From an uncultured delta proteobacterium (GTDB taxonomy: Bacteria; Myxococcota_A; Polyangia; Polyangiales; Polyangiaceae): a stretch of 64,000 nt of DNA. Made by a program: the position numbers and the translations under genes. The stretch covers positions 256,001-320,000 of the forward strand of contig CAWKKR010000005.1 in the NCBI GenBank assembly GCA_963850305.1, in the 5' to 3' direction. The notes beneath the pieces were generated by a model that saw only the letters and a list, made by a program, of their open reading frames with translations, was not told where the DNA came from and did no database searches. Shown here piece by piece: positions 21,153 through 31,066 of this stretch (positions are counted from its first letter, which is position 1; every line of letters starts with the position of its first letter).

Positions 21153-22088
21153 TTACGTTGCGCGGGGAGATTCTTCGAGCGCTCTTCGTCGGGCGTCCGA
21201 AACGACGCGTCGAACCGTTGCATCGAACGGAATGAGCGCGCGTGGTTCGAGGAGTCGATCGATACGCTCGCGACTGGCTCGGAACTCGAGGACTTCGTTG
21301 GCGCGATGGATCGAAGGTTCGACGCGTACGTCGACGGACAGCCCGAATTCGCGAATCATCGCGTCGAGGGCGTCTCTCAAACGTACTCCACGCCCGGAGG
21401 AGACGTTGAAGACGCGGCCCACGGCGCCGGGATGGCAAGCGAGCTCGACGAGGTCGCGAACGACGTCGTCGACGTCGATGAAGTCGCGCACGCTTTCGAG
21501 TTGACCCACGGAGAGCACGGGGGTCGCGCGTGCTGCCTCGATCGACGCAAGTTGATTGGCGAAGTTTGCCAGCGCCAGGTGTCGGGGCATTCCCGGTCCG
21601 ATTACGTTCGAGGGTCGAGCAACGACGACGCGCCGTCCGAGTCGTCCCGCGGCCAAAGCGATGTCGCTCTGAGCGCGTTTCGAGATTCCGTAAGGTGTGA
21701 CGGGGTTTAGCGGCGTGTCTTCCGTCGCCGGGAGTGCTGTCGAATCCAGCGCGCCGTATTCCGCCGCGCTGCCGGCGACCACCACCGTCGGTTCGGGAAT
21801 TCCGGCGAGTGGAACGGCGTCCAGAAGCGAGGCCGCGACCAGAACGTTGTTGCGGACTAGCGTCGAGCAACTCGCTCCCGCGGTTGCCCCGTGCAAGTGG
21901 AAGATTACCGTCGGGCGTACGCGGGCCAGGACGGCGACGATGGAAGGTACGTCGGTTAGATCGATGACGTCGACGTCCGCGGCGGACGCCTTCGTGCTGA
22001 CGCGAGCCACCGTGTGGCCGTTAGCGCGAAGCGCGGCCACGAGACGACTCCCGCAGAACCCCGTCGATCCGGTGACGAGCGCGATCAT
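21153..22088 (-). CDS. NAD-dependent epimerase/reductase (Rmd-like)
   Basis: ALVTGSTGFCG, GSAAEYG, PYGISK, ARPSNVIGPG, RDFIDVDDVV. Confidence 0.85.
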   Translation of the reverse strand: MIALVTGSTGFCGSRLVAALRANGHTVARVSTKASAADVDVIDLTDVPSIVAVLARVRPTVIFHLHGATAGASCSTLVRNNVLVAASLLDAVPLAGIPEPTVVVAGSAAEYGALDSTALPATEDTPLNPVTPYGISKRAQSDIALAAGRLGRRVVVARPSNVIGPGMPRHLALANFANQLASIEAARATPVLSVGQLESVRDFIDVDDVVRDLVELACHPGAVGRVFNVSSGRGVRLRDALDAMIREFGLSVDVRVEPSIHRANEVLEFRASRERIDRLLEPRALIPFDATVRRVVSDARRRALEESPRAT

Positions 22089-22828
22089 CGCTCCGAGGGC
22101 AATGGAGGTAAGAACTCGCCGCGTCGCGCGTCGAAAATTTCCTGCGCCTGCTGGTAATCGTCAAGCCGCCCGATGTCGAGCCAAAAGCATTCACTCCGGA
22201 AGCCGCGAACGACGTGCCCGTCCTTGGCGAGACGCATCATGAGATCCGGCATGTCGAGGTACTCGTGCTCGGTGACGTACTGCTTCACGATGTCCCTGTG
22301 CAGGCAATTTACTCCCATGCTGACGTCGAAGCGATAAACTGGTTTTTCGCGGTATTCGATCAACCTGCTCGCTTCGTCGGTCTCGACGACGCCGAAGTCC
22401 ACCTTAACTTCACGCCGGTAGAGACCAATGGTCGCCGCTGCCCCCGACGAGCGATGCGCAGCGAGCATCCCTCCGTAGTCGAGGGTCGTCAAAAGATCCC
22501 CGTTCGTCACCAGAAAATCTTCGCCCAAGCGATCGATGACCGAAGCTACGGCACCCGCGGTTCCGAGCGGGCGCTCCTCGAAGGAGTAAGAAATGTGCAA
22601 ACCGATCCGCGCGCCGTCTCCGAAGAACGCCTGGAACAACTGCCCCATGTAGCCGACGGCGAGAACCGCCTCTTCGACGCCGGCCTTCTGCAACTGGCGG
22701 AGCAGGATTTCCAGAATCGGGTAGTCGCCAACCGGCATCAGCGGCTTCGGTATCACCGTCGTGTAGGGACGCAGCCGGGTTCCCTTTCCGCCGCAGAGCA
22801 CGAGCGCTTTCGAAACGGGTCCGTTCAT
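22085..22828 (-). CDS. Sugar-phosphate nucleotidyltransferase
   Basis: ALVLCGGKGTRLRPYT..PKPLMPVG, EERPLGTAG, NGDLLT, WLDIGR; apparent fusion to the upstream GT in the ORF track is due to a frameshift. Confidence 0.9.
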   Translation of the reverse strand: MNGPVSKALVLCGGKGTRLRPYTTVIPKPLMPVGDYPILEILLRQLQKAGVEEAVLAVGYMGQLFQAFFGDGARIGLHISYSFEERPLGTAGAVASVIDRLGEDFLVTNGDLLTTLDYGGMLAAHRSSGAAATIGLYRREVKVDFGVVETDEASRLIEYREKPVYRFDVSMGVNCLHRDIVKQYVTEHEYLDMPDLMMRLAKDGHVVRGFRSECFWLDIGRLDDYQQAQEIFDARRGEFLPPLPSER

Positions 22829-23953
22829 CTGCCCCCAGCGTAGACCCGTTCGTAAAGTCGCTCCAGGGCCGATACATAAGCTTTTGGTGAAAATCGAAGC
22901 GACGCCCTTTCGCGTGCGGCACGACCGAGCTCCGCGCGACCCCGGGGCGATAGGTCGCTCATCGTTTTGATGGCCCGTGCCCAAGCATCCACGTCGGTTG
23001 GGGGGACGAGCCAAGACGGGTCGAGTCCGTTCAAGACTTCCTCGTTGCCGGGGATGCGCGAAGCGATCACGGGTACACCCATCGCCATTGCCTCGACGAG
23101 CGACAGGCTGCACCCCTCCGAGTGGGAAGGAAGGGCGTAAGCGTCTGCCTCGCGGAGTTCCGAAAGAAGATTCGGGAACGAAACCAGCGACTCTAACCCG
23201 GTCCGCGAGGTGTGCCATCGCGACACGGCGTTCGATATCTGCGCGCAGGGGACCATCGCCCAAAAGGAGCAGCTCGACGTCCACTCCACCCAGGGCCAAT
23301 CGCGCCACCGCGTCGACCAAGATGCCCTTGTTTTTGACATCCACGAGGCGCCCCACGCTGATCAGTCGGAACCGTTCACCCCGTAGTGCATAGCTTTCCT
23401 TGGGCCGTTCGAAAAACTCCGTGGACGCGCAGCTGTTCACGACGAAAACCGAATCGGCGGAGGCGAATTCTCGGTGAACCAGGTAATCGCGCAGGGCGGT
23501 CGAGACGGCCACATGTGCGTCGACGCGTCGGTGCAGCACGCTGAACACGAGCCGTCGAGACAGCGTTCGATCGGGCATCCCGCCTTCGTCGACGATGATG
23601 CGTCGAGCGCCCGCGATGCGGCCGATCAGAGCCGCGTGGAAGTCCGCCTCTGGCACGCTCGCGTGCAAAATGTCGGGCTTGTGGAGCCCTAGGTAGCGCG
23701 CGAGCTCCATCGATGCCTTGGGGTTGCGAATCGCCGGTGAAGTATGGAGGACGTCGACGGCGACGCCCGTTGCACGCACGGCTTCCGCCCCTCTCCCGTC
23801 ACTCCAAAATGTGCAAACGCGCAGTTCGAAGCGCTTGCGATCGTGCAGCGCCGCCTGGACGACCAGGGACGTCTCTATACCGCCGAAGTCGAGGACGGGG
23901 ACCAAGCGAAGAACGCGCCGGCGGTTCGTCGCGGTAGTGCGTTGACTCGACAC
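22825..23953 (-). CDS. Glycosyltransferase family 4 (frameshift near 23170)
   Basis: LDFGGIE, SVGRLVDVKN, LGDGP, then LPSHSEGCSLSLVEAMAMGVPVIAS. Confidence 0.9.
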
Positions 23954-24047
23954 TTACCTGCCGTCTGCCGTGAACGCTCGAGATCGTCAAGAGGGAATGC
24001 GTGTCTTCGGGTCGACGGGCATTGTCCCTTCTTCCGACGCGCATCCC

Positions 24048-25094
24048 TCACGCGCCCGCCACCACCGCCGCGTCCCCCTGCACTCCCGCTCCGATCTGAC
24101 AGGCCGCCCCGCCAAGGGCCATCGACGCCGAGCCAGCCTCGAGCGTCTGCACGACGCGGTGCCCTTCGTGGGCGTCGGTCGTGAGGGGCCTTCCATCGAG
24201 GATCGCGCGCACGAAATGCTCGGCTTCGCAGGCGAGGGGTTCTCGTGCTGGCGTCGCGACGGACTCGGCCGCACTGGCGAGCGAGGGGGCACCGCGGAAG
24301 ACGGTCAGCTTCGCTCCGGAGCCGGAATCTTCGAGCACGGCCGTGCCTCGTGTTCCGGTGAGCTCGGTGCGTCGGGAGCGTTCCCCATCGGAACAGGACG
24401 CGACGATGATGGCCGAGCGACCCTCGGAGTAGGCGAGACGGGCTTCGATCCGCTCCGAGGCTCGTGAACCGTACGAACGGGCGGAGACGGTCCGTGCATC
24501 TTCGCGCAGGAGCCATCGCGCGACGCTCACGTCGTGCGGGGACACGGACCACCAGAGCCCCTCGGCACACTCCGGCGGCGGACCGCGGCGTTCGGAGCGA
24601 ATCGCCCGAAGCACACCGAGTTCGCCGTCTTCTACCAGTTCACCCAGAGCGAGAACCGCAGGGTGATGCCGGAGCACGTGACCGACCATGAGCCTTCGGC
24701 GGCGCTGTCGCGCGATGCCGACGAGCGTCGCGGAATCGGCAGAGGCGAGCGTCATGGGCTTTTCCACGAACACGTGCTTGTCGAGCTCGAGGCACGTGGC
24801 GGCGAGTTGAAAGTGGCTGGGGGACGGGGTTGCGATGACGACGGCGTCGACGACGGTCTCGTTGATTGCGCGGAACACGCTCGGGTAGCAGCGCGCGGTC
24901 GGGTGCGCCGCGTAGTCCGCGAGGCGCGCGGGGTCGGGATCGCAAATGGCCACGACGCGGCACCGCTCGGCGGCGCCGAAGACCCGGATGAGGTTCTTGC
25001 CCCAGCGCCCGGCTCCAACCACGGCCACGTTGAGCGGACCTTCGATCAGGGCGCGGGCGGTCACGGTTTCTCGAGCGCACTCTTCGTTGTCCAC
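24048..25094 (-). CDS. Gfo/Idh/MocA oxidoreductase (WlbA/WbpB-like); start approximate
   Basis: VAVVGAGRWG, DAVVIATP..H, HVFVEKPM, LMVGH, PHDVS. Confidence 0.9.
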   Translation of the reverse strand: MDNEECARETVTARALIEGPLNVAVVGAGRWGKNLIRVFGAAERCRVVAICDPDPARLADYAAHPTARCYPSVFRAINETVVDAVVIATPSPSHFQLAATCLELDKHVFVEKPMTLASADSATLVGIARQRRRRLMVGHVLRHHPAVLALGELVEDGELGVLRAIRSERRGPPPECAEGLWWSVSPHDVSVARWLLREDARTVSARSYGSRASERIEARLAYSEGRSAIIVASCSDGERSRRTELTGTRGTAVLEDSGSGAKLTVFRGAPSLASAAESVATPAREPLACEAEHFVRAILDGRPLTTDAHEGHRVVQTLEAGSASMALGGAACQIGAGVQGDAAVVAGA

Positions 25095-25178
25095 TTGGCT
25101 GAGTCAACAACGTGCTGTTGAAGTTGCGCGAATCGTCGTCGATACTCGCGGGTGCGCCGCTTTCGGGATCCGATCCCG

Positions 25179-26311
25179 ATGGCAAGCTGGACGAGCCCCG
25201 TGACCGCGCGAGTGCCCTACGTGAATCTCGGTGCGGCGCATCGTCCGCTGCGAGCCGAGCTCCTGCGCGCCGTGGAGCGCGTGATCGATGCGTCGGCCTT
25301 CGTGCTCGGCGCTGAAGTCGAAGCGTTCGAGCACGCGGCGGCCACGTTCGTCGGCGCGAAGCACGCGGTCGGGGTCTCGAGCGGGACGGACGCGCTTCTG
25401 GTTGCGCTGACGGCACTCGGCGTCGGGCCCGGAGACGAGGTGCTGACGACGCCGTTCACGTTCTTCGCGACGGTGGAAGGGATCCTCCGGCTCGGGGCGA
25501 CTCCGCGTTTCGTGGACGTCGAGCTCGAAACGCTGAATATGGACGCCGGTCGAGCCATCGACGCGCTTTCCGGACACCCGCGAGCGATCCTTCCCGTTCA
25601 TCTCTACGGCTCTCCGGTGCGGCTCGGGCGGCTCGCCGAAACGGCGCGCGCCGCAGGGGTGCCGATCGTCGAAGATGCGGCTCAAAGCTTCGGCTCGTCC
25701 GATGGGGGGCGCGCCGCCGGCACGCGGGGGACGCTCGGCTGTTTCAGTTTCTTTCCCACGAAGGTACTCGGAGCGCTCGGCGATGGCGGGCTCATCGTGA
25801 CGGATGACGCGAAGCCTGAGCGCGCGTTGCCGCAGTCTCCGCCAGCACGGCAGTGAACGCCGCGGCAGTCACGCCGAGGCAGGCGGTAACTTCCGTCTCG
25901 ATGCGCTCCAGGCCGCAGCGCTCGTCGGTGAAGCTCCGACACGTGCGCACCTGGATTGCAGCGCGCCGCGCGCATGGAGCAGCGTACGACGACGCGTTTC
26001 GTAGCGTCGACGGTCTCGCGCTCGTCGATCGGAGCGAAGGGTGGAACGGCGCGATCTACACGGTGCGCGTCCTGGAAGGTCGTCGCGAGGCGCTTCGCGC
26101 GCATCTGCGCGAAGCAGGCGTGGAGACCGCGGTGTATTACGAGACGCCTCTCCACCGGCAGCCGGCACTGTCACATCTGAAGCTCGCGCCGGGGGCGTTC
26201 CCGAACAGCGAGCTTGCAGCAGCGGAGGTGCTCTCGTTGCCGATTTTTCCGGAGCTCACCGTCGAGCAGCGCGAGCATGTCGTCGCCGCCGTCCTCGCAT
26301 TTTTCCGATGA
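25179..26311 (+). CDS. DegT/DnrJ/EryC1/StrS PLP-dependent sugar aminotransferase (frameshifts near 25815 and 25930)
   Basis: SSGTDAL, TTPFTFFAT, PVHLYG, VEDAAQSFG, FSFFPTKVLGALGDGG, NFRLDALQAA, LSLPIFP. Confidence 0.92.
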
Positions 26312-26324
26312 GCCCCCGCAGCGC

Positions 26325-27302
26325 TCACTTCGGCTTCACGACTCTCCGGTACCACTCCCAGAATCGCTCCACGCCGTCTCTCACCGAAACGTTCGGGTGG
26401 TAGCCGAGCAGGCGCCGTGCCTTGGAAATGTCGGCGTAGGTGTACTTCACGTCAGCGGCCATCATGGGCTCGTCGACGAGCCTCGCCTTGGCGCCGGCGA
26501 GTTCTTCAATCCACCCGACGAAGTCCTTGAGCAGTACCGGCTCGCCGCGTCCCAGGTTGATGACTTCATAGCCGAGTCGGACGTCCGAGGCGGCGACGAT
26601 CCCCGCGACGATGTCGGTCACGAAGGTCCAGTCGCGATGCATGTTGCCGCCGTTGTAGAGCGGCACTTCGCGGCCCACGAAGATGCTGTCGAGGACCTTG
26701 TACGCCATCATGTCCGGGCGCCCGCGCGGGCCGTAAACGGTGAAGAACCGGAGCGCGGTGAAGTCGACCTTGTGCAGGTGATGGTACGAAAAACCGAGGA
26801 GCTCAGCCGATCGCTTGCTCGCGGGATACGGCGCGAGCGGCCTGTCGGCAGGATCCGTCTCGACGAAGGGAACCGCGTCGGTGTTCCCGTAAGCGGACGA
26901 AGTCGATGCGAGGACGAAATTCGGATTTCCGTGCCGCAGCGACGCGTCGAGGAGGTTCAACGTGCCGGTCAGATTCACGTCGTAATAGAGCCAGGGATCT
27001 TCGACCGAGATCCGCACTCCCGCCATCGCGGCGAGATTGATGACGGCATCGAATCGGTGCGTCGAGAACAGGCGATCGAGCAGGGCGCGATCGCGGATAT
27101 CGCCCTCGACGAACTCGTATGCTGACGGGTCTCGAGCGCCGTCACGGACTTCGGCGACGTTCGCGCGCTTCCGGGCCGGGTCGTAATAGTCGTTGAGGTT
27201 ATCGAGCCCGACGACGCGGTCCCCGCGGGCGAGCAGGGCCTCGGCGGTGTGGCTGCCGATGAAGCCGGCGGCGCCCGTGACGAGAAGGGTCTTGTTTGCC
27301 AT
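26325..27302 (-). CDS. UDP-glucuronate 4-epimerase-like SDR
   Basis: LVTGAAGFIG, DNLNDYYDP, LAAMAGVR, YPASK, LRFFTVYGPRGRPDM. Confidence 0.9.
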   Translation of the reverse strand: MANKTLLVTGAAGFIGSHTAEALLARGDRVVGLDNLNDYYDPARKRANVAEVRDGARDPSAYEFVEGDIRDRALLDRLFSTHRFDAVINLAAMAGVRISVEDPWLYYDVNLTGTLNLLDASLRHGNPNFVLASTSSAYGNTDAVPFVETDPADRPLAPYPASKRSAELLGFSYHHLHKVDFTALRFFTVYGPRGRPDMMAYKVLDSIFVGREVPLYNGGNMHRDWTFVTDIVAGIVAASDVRLGYEVINLGRGEPVLLKDFVGWIEELAGAKARLVDEPMMAADVKYTYADISKARRLLGYHPNVSVRDGVERFWEWYRRVVKPK

Positions 27303-27330
27303 GCAGGTGGCGTGGTTCTACTACACGCCG

Positions 27331-28254
27331 ATGCCGCTGTGCGCCGTGTCCGTGGATCTGGACGAGATCCCGAACTACTACGCCATCCACGGTCTCCCGG
27401 CGCCCATTGGACCGGGGGCGACGGCGGTTTACGACGTGGCGCTTGGACGCCTCGACGCATTCTCTCGCTCCCATGAAGTGCCGCTGACGCTCTTCGCGAT
27501 CGGCTCCGACCTCGACCGAGCCGAGAGCGCGACGGCGCTCCGGGCGTCCGCGGACGCCGGACACGAGATCGCGAATCACACCCTGGACCATCTGTACGAT
27601 CTGACGCGCAGAGAGGCGCACGAGATCCGGCGGCAAATAGAGGAGGGTGCGCGCGCCATCGAGCGGGCGACGGGGCGAAAGCCGGTCGGCTTTCGTGCGC
27701 CGGGGTACACCGTCACCGACGAGGTCTTCGACGTGCTGCGCGAGCTCGGCGTCGGCTACGGGTCTTCGGTGTTCCCCTGCCCGCCGTATTACCTCGCGAA
27801 GGCGGCGAAGATGGCCGGCATTCGACTTCAGGGTCGGCACTCGCGCTCGGTGCTCGATACGCCCGCGGTGCTGCTCGCGCCGACCCGACCGTATCGTGTG
27901 GGAAGGCCGTACTGGAAGCGCGGCGAGGGGATGCTCGAGCTCCCGGTCCAGGTCACGCGCGGCGCGCGGCTTCCGTTCATCGGGACAACGTTGACGATGG
28001 CGGGTCCGTCCCGCGCACGGTGGCTGACTCGACTCGTGACGGGCGAGCCACTGGTGAACCTGGAGCTCCACGGAATCGACGTCCTCGACGCGAACGACGG
28101 GTTTCCGGAGCTTCGCGGGCAGCAACCCGACGCGGCCATTCCGCACGCGCGGAAGCTCGAAGCGTTGTCGGCCGCCGTCGACACGCTGAAGCGCGCGGGT
28201 TACTCGTTCGTGACACTGACCGAGGCAGCTCACGCGTTCAGAGTGCTTTATTGA
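27331..28254 (+). CDS. Polysaccharide deacetylase (CE4/NodB)
   Basis: SVDLD, TLFAIG, HEIANHT..H, GFRAPGY. Confidence 0.88.
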   Translation: MPLCAVSVDLDEIPNYYAIHGLPAPIGPGATAVYDVALGRLDAFSRSHEVPLTLFAIGSDLDRAESATALRASADAGHEIANHTLDHLYDLTRREAHEIRRQIEEGARAIERATGRKPVGFRAPGYTVTDEVFDVLRELGVGYGSSVFPCPPYYLAKAAKMAGIRLQGRHSRSVLDTPAVLLAPTRPYRVGRPYWKRGEGMLELPVQVTRGARLPFIGTTLTMAGPSRARWLTRLVTGEPLVNLELHGIDVLDANDGFPELRGQQPDAAIPHARKLEALSAAVDTLKRAGYSFVTLTEAAHAFRVLY

Positions 28255-28290
28255 TTCGCGTCCGCGCGGCCTCGCGACGCACAGGTCGTT

Positions 28291-28434
28291 GTGCACCCGA
28301 CGGTAGTGGCCGGATTGTCGGTCCGTTTTTCGGAGGATGAGAGGCGCCTTCTGAACCGTGCCGCCACGAGCTGCGGCATGAAGCTCTCGGAATGGGCCAG
28401 GCGGATAATGCTCGCCACCGCCGAGGTGAAGTAG
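28291..28434 (+). CDS. Small ribbon-helix-helix-like protein (MobC/DUF1778-like), 47 aa
   Basis: Own translation from GTG: VHPTVVAGLSVRFSEDERRLLNRAATSCGMKLSEWARRIMLATAEVK*; strand-helix-G-helix pattern; below the ORF-track cut-off. Confidence 0.6.
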   Translation: MHPTVVAGLSVRFSEDERRLLNRAATSCGMKLSEWARRIMLATAEVK

Positions 28435-28772
28435 CTATTTTTAAGCCCCGTAAGAGCGGTTGCCTGATACGGCACAGTCGGCTACTCGGAGTGCTGGGGC
28501 CGCTCTGCCATTCGGGATTCGATTTCCAGCGATTGAAGCTTCTCTCGTTCATCAAGAACGAGGTGAGATCGTCGGGCTTTTACGCGAAGCCGTCCCGGGC
28601 GATTTTGAGACGTGGGAGCGAACCTGGAAGCCGTAGGGCTGCACGCAAAAGACCAGGCGGTCGATTTTTACCGCGGCCGACTGACGGAATTTACTAGGGA
28701 ATCGACAGACGACGGGGATTGGATATACTTCGAAACCAGTCCGGCCGATGCGGCGAGACTGCTGGCGGGAGC

Positions 28773-29081
28773 ATGACCATGTTGACCAAAGAGAAGCTCG
28801 CCAAGATTTCTGCAATGGGAGTGGCCTGGGAGAACGAGCGCGGCGTCGCCCCCATGGCCAGCCGTCCGCCTACACGAACCCAGTCCACGAACGAGCGCGG
28901 CATGATTGCCACGAGCGCGTCCGTCACGCGAAGCTATTTGATCGACGACGTGAAGGGCTCTGACACGGAGGACATCGTCAAAGCCGTGGAGTTCGGTGTT
29001 CGTCGTTTTCAGGCAAGCCACGCGCCGCGCGTGATCCCCACTCCGCAACGGGATTCGAAGCGGGAGCGAGCCGTTGGCTAG
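28773..29081 (+). CDS. Hypothetical protein
   Basis: ORF overlapping the next gene; internal NERG duplication; no recognised motif. Confidence 0.45.
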   Translation: MTMLTKEKLAKISAMGVAWENERGVAPMASRPPTRTQSTNERGMIATSASVTRSYLIDDVKGSDTEDIVKAVEFGVRRFQASHAPRVIPTPQRDSKRERAVG

Positions 29082-29535
29082 GCACATCTGGAGTGTCCTT
29101 TGCGAACGAATGCTCACGGACGACCAGACCAACAACGTGTGCTTGGTCGTCATGGAGCAGATAACTGCTCACATTCCTGATCAGGCCGTCGTCGCGGCAC
29201 CAAACGCGGCGATGCCCCTTATTTGGCGCGTGGTGACTCTTTGGGAGCGAGAGACCGAGACCGAGTCCTCCTTTCGCATCACGCTGATTATTCGAGCGCC
29301 AGATGGGGGGGAATTGCTCCGGGTCGAGAATACTGGGCAATTCAGCGATCCCGATAAACGCAGGCTTCGTAGCAGCGTGGTAGGCGATGGGTTTCCGTTG
29401 GCGGGATCGGGGCGGTACACCTTCAACATCGAAACAGGTCCCATCGACGACGCAATCATCGTCGCGAGCGTTCCCCTCGATTTGCGTCTCAGTTTCGGCG
29501 ACAGACTCGTTGGATCGCCGAGTTCATCTACTTAG
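29074..29535 (+). CDS. Hypothetical beta-sandwich protein (DUF6941-like)
   Basis: WSVLCERMLTDDQTNNVCL...APDGGEL...GFPLAGSGRYTFNI pattern. Confidence 0.65.
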   Translation: MARHIWSVLCERMLTDDQTNNVCLVVMEQITAHIPDQAVVAAPNAAMPLIWRVVTLWERETETESSFRITLIIRAPDGGELLRVENTGQFSDPDKRRLRSSVVGDGFPLAGSGRYTFNIETGPIDDAIIVASVPLDLRLSFGDRLVGSPSSST

Positions 29536-29871
29536 TGCTCGCTACGCGCCCGCTCCCCGCCGCCTTCGGCGTGCTGGTGCTCGCAAGGGGGTCTTGACCC
29601 CCGCGGCTCGCTGCGCGCCCGCTCCCCCGCCGCCTTCGGCGTGCTGGTGCTCGCAAGGGGGTCTTGACCCCCGCGGCTCGCTGCGCGACCGCTCCCCCGC
29701 CGCCTTCGGCGTGCTGGTGCTCGCAAGGGGGTCTTGACCCCCGCGGCTCGCTACGCGCCCGCTCCCCCGCCGCCTTCGGCGTGCTGGTGCTCGCAAGGGG
29801 GTCTTGACCCCCGCGGCTCGCTACGCGCCCGCTCCCCCGCCGCCTTCGGCGTGCTCGCTCCGCTCGCGTAG
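29536..29871 (+). repeat. Tandem array of about 4.7 x 70-bp palindromic REP/BIME-like units
   Basis: CGCCTTCGGC recurs at 29561, 29631, 29701, 29771, 29841; each full unit contains GGGGGTC-TT-GACCCCC. Confidence 0.95.
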
Positions 29872-29909
29872 TGCCGCGCTCCCCGGGGTTTTGGGGTGTC
29901 GCTTGCAAC

Positions 29910-30712
29910 CTATTTCCGTCGTTCCGCGAGGAGCCTTTCCGCGGCGATCCCGCTCGACGCCAGAAACTGATTGGCGAGATCGATTTTACCTTTCACGAGC
30001 TCGTCGGGGGTGCCCTCGCCGACGAGCTTGCCCTTGGCGAGAAGAAAATGTAATCCGCGATCTTGAGCGCGCTCGTCATGTCGTGGGAAATGACGACACT
30101 CGTGACGCCGAATCGTTCGCGTGTTTCGAGGATGAGTTCGTCCACCATGCGGCTCGTCAACGGATCGAGGCCGCTCGTGGGCTCGTCGTAGACGACGATC
30201 TGGGGGTCGAGCATCAACGCGCGCGCGAGAGCGACTCGCTTCCGCATGCCGCCGGAGAGCTGGCTCGGGAATTTCGCGCCGGTGCCTTCGAGCCCGAGCA
30301 GCTTCAGCTTCTCGAAGACGCGGTCGCGGATCTCGTTGTCGCGCAGCTTCGTGTGCTCGCGGAGCGGGAACGCGACGTTGTCGAGCACGTTCAGGGAGTC
30401 GAGGAGCGCGGCATACTGGAAGACCATTCCGAACTTTCGCCGGACCTCGTTCATCGCCCGATCCCCGAGCGGGACGATGTCGACGTCATCGACCAGGATC
30501 GACCCCGAAGACGGCTTGTCCAGACCGATGAGCAGGCGGAGCAGCGTCGTCTTGCCGGCGCCGGACCCGCCGATGACGACGACCACCTGCCCGCGGCCGA
30601 CGGTCAGATTGATGTCCGACAGTGCCACGAAGTCGCCGAACTCCTTCGTGACGTGACGGCAGACGAGATGTTCTTTCGGCGGAAAAGGCCGCTCGGCGAT
30701 GGGCGCTTCCAA
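29910..30712 (-). CDS. ABC transporter ATP-binding protein, MlaF/Mkl-like (frameshift near 30040)
   Basis: GGSGAGKT, FGMVFQYAALLDSL, LSGGMRKRV, YDEPTSGLDP, SHD. Confidence 0.9.
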
Positions 30713-30787
30713 CTTGCCGAGGATAACCGACCCGCGTCCGCGCGGACATGCCTTGACCCGGAGCGGCGGGCGAGACAAACCGCCGGC

Positions 30788-31066
30788 ATGACCGAGGAGC
30801 ACTTTTCCGCCGTCGTCGCGGCCGCCGAGGCCAAGAAGAACAACCAGGGCTGGTGGGCGACCACGGAAGGGCGATACATCACGCTGTACGCGTCCTCCGG
30901 CGGTTCGAGCCTCACGGTCAGTCGCGTGGAGGCTCTCCGTGTGGATGGAGAGCTGATCCGCGCCCGCAGCGTGCGGGGCGAGGAGTACATCCTCGCTCGC
31001 GAGGACGTGTTCGCGGGCGCCGTCGAGCCGCTGGCGCAGGGCGCGCGGCGCGCCGGTTTCGGATGA
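30788..31066 (+). CDS. Hypothetical protein (92 aa)
   Basis: MTEEHFSAVV...RRAGFG; stop overlaps the next ATG. Confidence 0.75.
   Translation: MTEEHFSAVVAAAEAKKNNQGWWATTEGRYITLYASSGGSSLTVSRVEALRVDGELIRARSVRGEEYILAREDVFAGAVEPLAQGARRAGFG

Noticed and set aside
22085..23953. 622-aa GT4-nucleotidyltransferase fusion
   Set aside because: The GT C-terminus is in another frame ending at 22825, overlapping the nucleotidyltransferase ATG; frameshift artefact
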